Positions 33,557 to 43,689 of a stretch of DNA of 64,000 bases are shown here, in pieces (the first letter of the stretch is position 1; each line of letters starts with the position of its first letter). Made by a program: the position numbers and the translations under genes. The notes under the pieces are model-generated. The model saw only the letters and a list, made by a program, of their open reading frames with translations. It made no database searches and was not told the DNA's origin. This stretch comes from Lepidodermella squamata (taxonomy: Eukaryota > Animalia > Gastrotricha): the NCBI GenBank assembly GCA_047495785.1, contig JBLDXI010000019.1, positions 620,001 through 684,000 on the forward strand, in the 5' to 3' direction.

Positions 33557-36420
33557 TTAGCCACGACGGCCACGACGGTTGCCACCCCGAATTGAAGTTT
33601 GAACTTGGTTGACCGAACGGCTGCGACCCCGTCTAGCCTCAGAATCTACGACTGAAGATTCCACTGACTGGAAATTTGCAGTAGCCACGCAGCCACGTCC
33701 TCTTTCCTCGTGCTCGCGTGTTCGACGTGGAGTTTGGTACGACTGTAGCTTGAACGGCAGCACCGCGTCCTCTTCCTCGGCCACGGGAAATTAAAGCTTC
33801 ATTGCCCATTGAAGGTTCCGTTTCAAGAGCAGCTCCACGGCCGCGTCCTCCTCCTCTTCCTCGACCACGGCTGGGTAAAATTGAAGCTTCGTTGTTGATG
33901 AAGATGAATGAAGGGTCCGTTTCAACAGCAACTCCACGGCCAAGGCCACGTCCTCTTCCTCTTCCTCTTCCTCGACCACGACCTCGCGTTGACAGAGTAG
34001 CCACCTCGTGACCAACTGGAACATCAAGGTTGACTGAAGGGGCGGCTACGATAGCAGCACCACGCTGTTGAACCAGTGAAAGGGCAAGGCCATGACGAGG
34101 AGGTCTACCACGATTCCCGCAAGCGAAATCGACTGAAGCTCAGGGTCGATGGTCCTCTCTCCGAGCTCATGCGCCAAGGCGATAGCGTGAAGGCAAGGAA
34201 TTTTCTTCATTCCTTCCACCTTCGAACCACCTTCGAAGTAGACGAGGCAGCAGAAGTCGATGGAGCTTTCGAATTGAGCCAAACTGGTCCAGGATCCTGA
34301 AGCTCGAGCTTCGCTGACCGAAGGATCCGCATTCCATCCTGGTTTCTGAACAATCCAACCGTTATCGGCGATTTTCTCAAAGCTATCTTTGAACTTGGTG
34401 TGAAGTTGATAGGCTTCTTTGTCGAGGCGATTGGTTATCTCAGGCGTAGTAGCGAACGGGACGGAATCTGCTGCCCAGTGACTGACAACGTCGTCAGTTT
34501 TGGACAAGAAAGCCGTCAGGGCGTGGACAGTCCGGTCCGTTTCCTCTGCCTTCAGCCTGTTGTTGAGCGATTCATTACCGTTATTGGTTGCGCACAGTGT
34601 GCGCCTTTCAGGGGGGGGGATGGGGGGGATCATCCCCCCCAGCTCGGCCGGGCCAGACAACAAAATGAAAATTTATCCCACTGTTTTGTTAATTTTGGAA
34701 GGTTCTGGGGCGCGTTTTAGTGGAAAATCTCCAAAATGTTCTCGCTTCGCTCGGTTATTAGCCGAAATGACTCGTCATTTTGGCAAAAACAGCAAAAAAA
34801 ATTTTTCCATCCCCGGGAGCTCGGGAATCGAAGATCGCACCCTGGTTGCGCAGAAATCAGACGCCCCTTCATACCAGCCTGACAATGGACCGTAAATGCA
34901 GATCGGTTCAAAATAGAGCTGATGAAATCTTCGTAGGTATAAGCGTGAGGACTGGCTCGAAGTTCAGCCTTTACGAGGTGCCATAATAGTATATATTGGA
35001 TTCGAAGGAGTACATAACGCAGTTATGTTCGACGCGAATCCACTATGTATGTTATCGTTCGGTGGGACAAAACGAGCCGGACCGGGTAGGATAGCTAGAC
35101 ATCAAGGGTGAATTTCTAAAATAAAAAAATCCATCCTAATATTTTCACTAACGTTCTGCAAAAATCATTGCTATTTATTCATTTTTCGATACCGCGATTT
35201 AATTCACGCATCATTTCTGCGGTTGCTTTCACGGAAAATTGCTTATATGGGACGCCCCGCCTCATTGGAACCGGTGGCTTCGAAGCTGAAGAAGAAGATG
35301 AAGAAGCGGACCAAGAGCGTACGCTGTTCCAGGCAGTTGATTGTGTCTTGTTGCTGGTCTTGCTGCTGGACTACAACGCTGTCCGCGCCTAACAATCGGT
35401 TTTTTTGGAAGAAGTTCGATTCCGAACTGCGAATAGGATCAAAAGAGCGCTCTACAAGAGGGTGAAGTTGGGCGAGCATTCCATCGACGCTTTGGTGAAG
35501 AACGCATTTTATTTTTGTAATTTTTGTACCACCGGACGATAACAGTAAAAACTTCAAAAATAGGTAAAAATTATCAAATTTGACTGAAAGCGTCGGAAAT
35601 TTACCTCGTCATAATCGCTTGCGAGTTGAACAAGAGTGAGCATGTCGTTAACCGTGTACCAAAGCGCCAGTCTGCTGTCTTCAAAAGCAAAATTTGACTT
35701 ATGACATCGGAATTTCAAGGAATGAACTCACTTCCAAACCATTTACGGCAATTAAACTTGACATGAAAATAGCACATTAGGCGGATGATCTCCATACCGA
35801 ACACCGCAATAATGGCCGTGGTGATATAGCCAGCTCCATCCGCCATAATCGCGATCGGCAAATACAACGGCAGGAATTTTTTCAAGCTCCTGAATATCAC
35901 TTCATAAGCCCGGCCGTTTTCGTTACTTGCCACAGCTATCATCATTGGATGAAACTTGCGATTTCGATCTGACGAGCCACAGATGAACACCTTGTGTCCA
36001 CCTTGAATGTGTTTGTGGGTCGCGTCTGCCTGAAAACACTTTGCAAACGCTAATAGGTTCAGCAAGAAAGTGCAGCTAATGACGACGGTCCAAAATGGTT
36101 TCTCGCCTTTCTGAGCTGGCTTCTCGTCGACTACGTAGTCGAGCACATAAGGTTTCAACGGGTCAGTTGGTTTTTCACTTCTAGCTTCACACCAAGCACG
36201 TAACTCAGCGGTTCCGAAAGTGCCTGAGCTTCCCGAAATTCCGGGGAGAACAAAAGAAAACACCCAATGTGGAAGCGTTATGACTGCGTCGGGTACCGGC
36301 GAAATCGCTGGGATTGTCTAGCATATAATTAAGAACGGCCTGTTTGATTTCTTCAGCTAAGTCCAAGTCACTCTCCAACTGATGGCTATGAGCGCATGAC
36401 GGCCTCTATAATACACGCGT
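33557..36420 (-). mobile_element. Disrupted Mutator-like (MULE) transposase with SWIM-like motif and RG-rich C-terminus
   Basis: AHSH N-terminal motif (~36390), FQADATHK, IMADGA...AI..VFG...RLMCYFHV, GWYEGA...TNNGNESLNNRLK, KKIPCLHAIALA and RGRGRGRG tail. Interrupted by introns/insertions and frameshifts. Confidence 0.85.
34595..34844. mobile_element. 250-bp hAT-type MITE inserted in the MULE transposase
   Basis: Perfect 8-bp TSD GTTGCGCA (34587-34594 and 34845-34852); short TIRs CAGTGTGCG and CGCACCCTG. Confidence 0.88.
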
Positions 36421-36838
36421 CATTCATATTTTATTTGAGAATTTAAATTGTACTTAACCATCGCTCGGAGCATCAAGTATGGTCAGGTCAAAAGCCGCGT
36501 TCTTCCTTACCGCAACCTTTCTGGGCCTCCCGGTACAACAGGTTTACTACTCCCCTCCGGGTCGCATCGGCGATATCCGTTGATTATGTCTAGTTATCAA
36601 AGTCAGCCAAGTAGGGTTTAACTGGAAGTCTGGATAGAGCACGATTCAAATGCCCACCCAAATAACCACCAATAATGACGGTAACTGTTTCTTGGCTATG
36701 CTTACTAAAATGGTTTCTATAAAGGAACAAAAATTATCTGAATCTCAGGCATTTTATTAGTTCTTGAATGAGCATCACAAAGCAAAATTCCATTTTATAA
36801 TCCAACCAAAAATTGCAAGTTTGGTTCAAAAAAGTTTA

Positions 36839-39508
36839 TTACTTTGGCCCCGCAGGAGGATCACATAGATCGGGAGTCTTCAGGCACTGTTTCGCGGAAT
36901 CCCATCGCTTCGACTTGCAGTCGAACTCCAAAGCTTGAATAATATTCCTGATTCGAAAATCTTCCAACTTGCACTTGACCCCAAAAGCGTTGCAAACCTG
37001 TTGTTCGTCGTATTTCGGCAACCCTTTCATCCTTTCAACAGCTGAATCTGGCTGCATCGCCATTTCTATCATTTCAGGCAAGCTGGCAATGCAGTTCAAA
37101 CTGTCCAGCGTCTTCACGAACGCAGGGGTAAGGAACGCATCTGACTTCCAAGAGGAATTCTTAGCCCGAGCCAGTTTCACAACCATGTAAACCTCGTGAG
37201 CATAGAGAGCACGGAGAATCTTTACCAGCGATTGGTATGACGTCAGCTTCCCAGATTTTGCCATCGCGACCATCGGGCCAATAAACCGCTGAACTCCTGT
37301 GTAACCAATGTTAAAACTAAGGCTTGGATTCTCGCTCGACTCCTTCTCTGCTATTTCAAGAGCTTTGAACACATTTTCAGCATATTCAACGTCAGAGTTC
37401 GATATGTCGACACTTCGAACGAGATGGCAGAAAGAGGTGATTGCAACTTCCAGCTTGTGTTCGTTGATTTCCTGGCAGAGCTTCCACACTCCAGCCGCCA
37501 GTGTTTGTGCATAACTGTCGGACGTATTTGAAACTTTGTTCCTCATACCCACAGAAGCGCAGTAATCCAGCAAGTTTGGCGCATGCTTCTGAAGGAACAC
37601 CTGAATTCTTGAATCTTCGAAATACGGAATAACATTGGTAATCTTTTCGTTGGACTGCGGAACAGTCAAGTGCTGCCGGTTACCACTCTGCTTAGCCGCG
37701 ACAATCAAATCCGAAATACTCATGTAACAGCCGGGGAAAATCCTGTCAGCCTGCCAATGGGACGGATCGATAAACTCGCCCATCGGTCCGTTGCAAGCAA
37801 TGCCGACGATATTGATAAGCTCCAGAATTTCCATTCCTTCCAGGGTGTCGAAAATTTCGGTATCACTGTGCAGCTCACATACAGCTTGAATTCCGGCTAG
37901 AGTCGTCGCAAAAGAGAAGAAAGACGGCATGTGGCCACTATCATCGATGCCATCGAGTTCAGACAAGTTGCCATGCATAGCCTTCACTTCGTCATGGAGA
38001 TTTGCAATAATCTCGAGATCTTCAACTTCGATCGGGTCTTCTTCGTCATTTTCTATTTCCCAAGGGTACTTGGCACGTGAGGCTTGGTATCCGCTCGCCA
38101 TTTGGGCCGGATACATCATCTGCTGTTGGTAGCCATAATGCGGTTGCTGAACTGGAACTTTGTTCGACGTAAACGCTCTCTTGATTTTAGCGAAAAATCC
38201 TGAGGCAGATGACGATGACTGCTGCTGAACTGGCTGTTGCTGCTGAAGATATGGGTTGTATTGTTGATGTGCTTGACCGTTTCGCTTCGAGGAAGCTTTC
38301 TGACTAGGAAATACCCCTTGTGACTTGTAACTCATTGCCTGAGCGACATGAGACGTTTGTTGCATGTAAACAGCCTGCTGAGCCGCGCCAAGCACTCGAA
38401 CACTGCTTTGAGTATTAAAAATCTGCCTGAATTGCGAAGCCTGACCGGCAAAGTGGCGTCGAACTTTGTTCTTGTAGAGCGCAAGGCGTTTTCGATACTC
38501 CCCGCTTTCGTCTTCAGGAGGTAGGGTCTTCTGAAGAGCTCCGAAAAATTTGCTGAAGAATTCTTTCGCAGCTTTCACTTCCCGCTCAGCCTCGCGGAAG
38601 TTGACAACTTGCAGAGACTTGATTTTGAAAGCCAAGGCTCTCAGTTTCGAGTCGAAGATTTTGAAGTTTTCATAGTCAAGTTGACCAGCATGTTCGATTT
38701 GAACCGGCTTGCCATTCGCCTTCAGATCTTCAGGCATTTTGTCGAACCAGAAGACATTCTCTCCAAAAGCAAGGCGCACCTTATTGTGGCTTTTTAATGA
38801 CCATGGTAGTAGTTTGACGCCGTTAGGAGCGGTAAGGGTAGCCTCGCAATCGACCCCATCGTCGAGAAACAGCCCCGCTATTTGATCACACAGAGTGTGA
38901 TCTGTCGTCGTTTCCGAGGAAACATCTATCAATCCGCTTCTCAGTGAGTCCTTGACATCGATGGTGCTGAACTGGAGTACACTAGCCAGACCGCGGGTGT
39001 CGGGTTGATTGTCGCTGGTGAAGTAACGGATCGCTTGAGAGTTGACAGCTCGTTGGGCGAAAACTGGAGCTAGCTCAGAAGCTTTTCGAACCGTAACCTC
39101 AATATCGCCCAATTCACCGTCAGAGAACGTCAAAATTCGAATAGGCATATTCTCAGGGAATGTTTTAACCAGTTTTGCGAGCTCGTCAATGGCGTAGGAC
39201 ATGTTGGTAGCAGCCATACTATCCAAGCCCAAGGTAGCAATGTCATCTACGGTTGTTTGGTAGTACTTGGCCCTTGATTCGAAGGTGATTAGCGAGATGG
39301 GATCTTTGCCGTTGTAACCAGCCATTTTCAACGATTGAGGTACGACTCGTTCCGCTAATCGTTTCACATTTTCACCCATAGATCCAGATATGTCCATAAT
39401 AACGATGGTTGATATAACAGGAGCTCGCTCTACCTTCTCCGAGCGTTCGAATTCCATTTTTCCGACAAAACAGCCGTCGAAAACTGAATATACCTGCATA
39501 GCGGTCAT
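36839..39508 (-). CDS. Intronless 889-aa VWA-domain protein, copy 2
   Basis: Highly similar to copy 1. The start is taken as ATG 39508 (MTAMQV), shared by all three copies. Confidence 0.9.
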   Translation of the reverse strand: MTAMQVYSVFDGCFVGKMEFERSEKVERAPVISTIVIMDISGSMGENVKRLAERVVPQSLKMAGYNGKDPISLITFESRAKYYQTTVDDIATLGLDSMAATNMSYAIDELAKLVKTFPENMPIRILTFSDGELGDIEVTVRKASELAPVFAQRAVNSQAIRYFTSDNQPDTRGLASVLQFSTIDVKDSLRSGLIDVSSETTTDHTLCDQIAGLFLDDGVDCEATLTAPNGVKLLPWSLKSHNKVRLAFGENVFWFDKMPEDLKANGKPVQIEHAGQLDYENFKIFDSKLRALAFKIKSLQVVNFREAEREVKAAKEFFSKFFGALQKTLPPEDESGEYRKRLALYKNKVRRHFAGQASQFRQIFNTQSSVRVLGAAQQAVYMQQTSHVAQAMSYKSQGVFPSQKASSKRNGQAHQQYNPYLQQQQPVQQQSSSSASGFFAKIKRAFTSNKVPVQQPHYGYQQQMMYPAQMASGYQASRAKYPWEIENDEEDPIEVEDLEIIANLHDEVKAMHGNLSELDGIDDSGHMPSFFSFATTLAGIQAVCELHSDTEIFDTLEGMEILELINIVGIACNGPMGEFIDPSHWQADRIFPGCYMSISDLIVAAKQSGNRQHLTVPQSNEKITNVIPYFEDSRIQVFLQKHAPNLLDYCASVGMRNKVSNTSDSYAQTLAAGVWKLCQEINEHKLEVAITSFCHLVRSVDISNSDVEYAENVFKALEIAEKESSENPSLSFNIGYTGVQRFIGPMVAMAKSGKLTSYQSLVKILRALYAHEVYMVVKLARAKNSSWKSDAFLTPAFVKTLDSLNCIASLPEMIEMAMQPDSAVERMKGLPKYDEQQVCNAFGVKCKLEDFRIRNIIQALEFDCKSKRWDSAKQCLKTPDLCDPPAGPK

Positions 39509-41099
39509 TTTAGTATTGATTCTATGTGTAGAGAGAATAAAAAGCGTAAAAAAGTGTGCGTGTAAAAATCCTCTATATATAAATATCGCAAATGTGGGGA
39601 AAGTGCCCAGCCCTACACGCATATACACACACATGTAGTGCATGCATTTTTTATCGTAAACGAAAGATGAATCATGAACACGAGGCATTGAGTCACGTGT
39701 AAAGAATAAAGAAACTAACAGCAATCTTTGCCTTTTTGCAGAAAGTTTGCACAGATTGATCAGATTGAGATTGAAAAATTAATCACCACAGTTTCGTCCT
39801 GCTGTAGACCTGGACTTCGCTTGTAACACGGGGAAAATCACGCGAAAGAGAGACAGTTTAACGTCTTCAAAATGAAAATTGATTTCAAAAGTATTGCTTT
39901 AAAGTGTTTCGCGGAAATTTAGAATTATTTCACTAGCAAGCAAAAAATATATCTCACAATTTTGAACGTCGCACGTGCGATTCACTTAATTTATTTATTA
40001 TTTATTTCAAAGCTATGACGCCCAAGAGAGAGCAGCTTGACAATAGTGAATTGAAAATGAAACAGATAATTGCAGGACAGGTTACAGAGGTATAGGACAT
40101 TGGCAAATGATGACATAAAAAAATCGATATTTTCAGATTCGCGTGAATCGATATTTTCAGTCACGCGAGGCCCTTCAACATTCAACAAGCTCTTCGTTGC
40201 ATTTCTCAAAACTTACCAATTTTGAACCAAGGACAATAGCTTTTCTGCAGCTGTTAAATACGTCGGTAAAGAGAATCCAGATATTTTCTATTGACGTGTT
40301 CAGTGTTCATTTTATTGATCTCAGGCGATTTATCCCTCGATTTATCATAGTTCGCACGATGATGAAAAGAAATCTGTGCTTCGGAAAGTAAAAACAGGAT
40401 CACCAACAGTAAAACGTAACAGAGTTGCTACTCGGGTAAGGCCGAAGAAGCGATTGAACGCCTAACTTACTATATGATACAAGTGTTTGGTCATCTCATC
40501 ACGAGAAAAGTAGGACAGATTCTCGAAGAACGACTACCGGGCATGCTATCGGACCTAAAGCGGGATGGCGGTCTATCCTCCCCTATGTTGTAGCGCAAAC
40601 TACAAACTAAGAAATATACAGGTTAGTCTACAAGAAAACCATGAGAAAGATTGTTCTTGCCAGATTATTTCAGGAGATGGGCTATCCTTAAGGTTGCTGT
40701 TTAGACTCAAAGATGACGTCTAAACAGTCTGTGTAGAGCAGATCGATCCTGCGCTCGAATTAAGGCGGCAACGCCAGCTTTTTCCTGCTTAATCGTCATA
40801 ATGATATAGGGGGTTATTTCGAAGCTGTCTTTATCGATGAAGTCGGCTTTATCCATAGAGCTGATAAGGTGCTCACTCGCCATCAAAAACACGGAACGCC
40901 ATGGGGGCCATATGGCCTTGGGACTAATAGTAGGGGATTAACTCATTGTCCTGGAGCAAGAAACTGAACTAATAACAAATCGATCGATCACATAAATCGC
41001 TGGCGCCAGCGCTTCGATTATCAGTTACAACGTCGGGCTTTGGGTCATCGCTAAACCGAGAGACGGCCGATATTTTGACACTAAATTTGCCCGGTTAGC

Positions 41100-41290
41100 A
41101 TATTTAGAAGTGGCCAATAGGCGACCGAGAAGTCCGAGAAGAGCTATCGATGGAATCCTGCATCAAGCACAAAATCGGAAGAGCAAACACGGCGATAAAG
41201 CAGCTCCTGCGTCTACGGCCCTTCATGTCCTTACGACAGCTTGAAAATGCATACATAACCTATGTGCTGCCATTCATCGAGTTTGGCATG
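41100..41290 (+). mobile_element. LINE reverse-transcriptase C-terminal fragment (CR1/L2/Jockey-like)
   Basis: HKIGRANTAIKQLLRLRPFMSLRQLENAYITYVLPFIEFG resembles the post-RT 'KA...L..L......l..lY...v.P.leY' region. Confidence 0.6.
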
Positions 41291-41574
41291 GAAAAACCTT
41301 TTTCTGGCAGCAAAAATCTGTTTTTGGCAGCAAAATTATCTTTGCGGCAGAAAGGACTTTTTTGGCAGTAAATTAAACTTCTTTTGGCAGATAACTTTTT
41401 TACGGTTTTAATGATAATTTCAATTTTAAAATGTTCAGCATCGAATACTGCGTACGTTTACATACTTGAATGACACCAGAACTGTATTAAAATCCGAACG
41501 TTTATTTAATTTAACAGAAAAGAAATTTCAGCTGAAATCAATCGTCATAGTCTCGTAGAAGAGATTCTGCAACC

Positions 41575-41850
41575 TCACCGCAGCGAGCTTACAAACGCTG
41601 GGTAGACGACGGTATGTAGGAGTAATGATTTACCTGTACAAGATAATCGTGGCGGATCAAAATAAAGACGCATCTTCGTGAGGAAAACCGGTACCAGGGC
41701 ATCGGCAGCAAAACACCCCAGAATCCCAGAATCAAATCCCAGAAACGCCGCATTCAATGCGTAGAAGAATGATTGGTGTTGCGGTTCTGGGGATTGAACC
41801 CGTGCCTCTTCGCCGCCAGTGAGGTGCTTAGACCGCTCGACCACTTGCTG
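41575..41850 (-). mobile_element. tRNA-derived SINE (or tRNA pseudogene with 3' body)
   Basis: The minus strand has an A-box AGTGGTCGAGCGGTCTAAG and a B-box GGTTCAATCCC (41783-41850), but no proper acceptor or anticodon stems. It lies among LINE debris; the 3' boundary is approximate. Confidence 0.6.
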
Positions 41851-41989
41851 TATGAGTATGAGAGTATGAGTACAAGAGAGCCATGCACTGCCACAATTTA
41901 ACCGCTAAAATAACTGCTAACACCAACAATGTTCCGAAAAACCCGAAAAAACCCGAAAAGTGCATACCAAGCCACTTAAAGTGGAAAAT

Positions 41990-43010
41990 CGTGAATACAC
42001 GAGGCCAAGTTTCTTCGTTGATCATTTTTTTCCACAGGACTTCCGTGGGTTCTGCGATCCAGTTGGCTAACATTTGTAATGGTTTTGGCCCAATACCCTT
42101 CGACCCCGGAGCCTTTCCAGGTTTGAGAAGGGATAGTCTATTCGCGATGTACTTCTTGCTGGTTCTGATCGTTGTTGTTATCTTTTGCAATTTGATTCGT
42201 CGTCTTTCCATTCTGCAGATCTAGGGGGCAGTGAAATTTTTTCTTCGAAAAAGTCGGCGAAGAGTTGCGCTTTTTCCATGTCATCCGTCACTGGTACAAG
42301 CTTCCAATTTTCGTCTTTGCCGTTGTCAAAGTGGGTCCAGTTAGCCTTTCCGTATTGCCAAAACGCTTCTAGGCGGCATTGTTCTAACCATAGACAACAC
42401 TGTAACAGATAGGAAACTAACGATCTTTCCATAGTGAATTTATTCGAGCTGTTATTGCAAAAAGGGCGGCACGCGACCACTTTTTATGCCACCCAACGCC
42501 TTATCCGCCCATTATAATTTTAATTAATTTCAAAAATTAAAAAAGCGGCAGGTACCTCTTTTGAAAATTTTGATTTTCTGCTCATAAATACTAGAAGCGG
42601 CCTTCTATCTAATGATACCAGGCACACCTAGTGTTCCCCTACAGATAACTTTCTAAAATTCGCCAAAAAAAGCTATATTTGGTGTTTTTGGGCAAAATTG
42701 CCATTCTTCTGCCACGGTTGGCTCTTTCGGAAAAAATTTAAAAAATTTAAAAAAATTAGTTTATCCATATTGAGAATTTTCTCTATCCGGCGATATAAAT
42801 TTTGCGGTTAATTAATTTATTTTGATGACTGGGACAACCAAGTCTTGGATTCGACAGAACGATTCCTCCAGCTACTTCTCTAGCGCTGTTGTAGGATTCG
42901 GTCGGTACCCAGCTAGAATCAGCACGTTTCCCTTCAGTGAGCTAACAACAATCCAGGCAGCTTCTGCCTCGGCTGATTCTAAATGCATCCTAAGCTATAA
43001 AACGTGAAAA
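41990..43010 (-). mobile_element. Decayed CR1/L2-like LINE: endonuclease and RT N-terminal remnants
   Basis: EAAWIVV...ILAGYRP (APE, ~42880-42990); DDMEKAQLFADFFEEK and LKPGKAPGSKGIGPKPL...IAEPTEVLWKKMINEETWP (pre-RT). Confidence 0.7.
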
Positions 43011-43249
43011 ACGCGGGGACCCCCAAAAAGACATGGTAACTAAGAAATTCACACTCTATTCTAGAGAAAACAATGAGTAACAATGCTGTTTATGCAGATT
43101 TTATGACATGGACCATCTTGAAGATTGTTCATCTGACCAGAAGATGAGATCTATAACACACCAGATGTGGCAGAAGGAATTCAATCCTGCTCACGAGTTA
43201 GAGTATGTTATCATACAAACTCTCGGCGATGGCAGCTCGTGCTGAATTT

Positions 43250-43400
43250 TATCCCAAAAAATAAACTTGAAAAAACTCGCAAAATGTTACCATGCGCCTG
43301 TAGGAATTCTCCTTTTACCCCAATTATTTTTCTTTCGTCACTTCTTTTGTGAGGTGACGAAGTGACGAAAAAAAGATACGGCGGAACAACGACAAATTTT
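43250..43400. repeat. Dispersed repeat shared with ~33260-33415 (possible transposon terminus)
   Basis: CCCAAAAAATAAA...CGCAAAAT...ATGCGCCTG...ACCCCA.TT.TTTTTCTTTC...GTGAG.TGACGAAGTGACG occurs at both sites. Confidence 0.65.
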
Positions 43401-43689
43401 CCTTTCCAAAATGAAAAATATTTGCCGAAAAAAATGTTCGACTTTTCACTTCACGGTCTCTATTGTGGGATATTTTCCGCATCAGGAAAAGGTGGCTGAG
43501 CTATGCACAAATGATGACGGCAACTGATCCTCGGCTGTGTTTAAATGGCGTCAAAAAGGAACAAAAAGTCGTATCAGAATTTTCGGTATTTTATTAGGTC
43601 TTGAATGAGCATAATATCATTCCACAATTTCATTTAAATTCCATTATATAATCCAAACAAAAATTGCAAGTTTGGTTCAAAAAAGTTTA

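Noticed and set aside
33639-34004. Stand-alone RGG/RG-rich protein
   Set aside because: It lies directly downstream of, and on the same strand as, the MULE SWIM-like region; best read as the transposase C-terminus.
39509-39724. 72-aa N-terminal extension of VWA copy 2 in the ORF track
   Set aside because: It starts at a non-ATG codon and is not preserved in copies 1 and 3; it is 5' flank that happens to be open.
41783-41850. Possible functional tRNA gene
   Set aside because: A and B boxes are present but acceptor and anticodon stems do not pair; treated as a SINE head.
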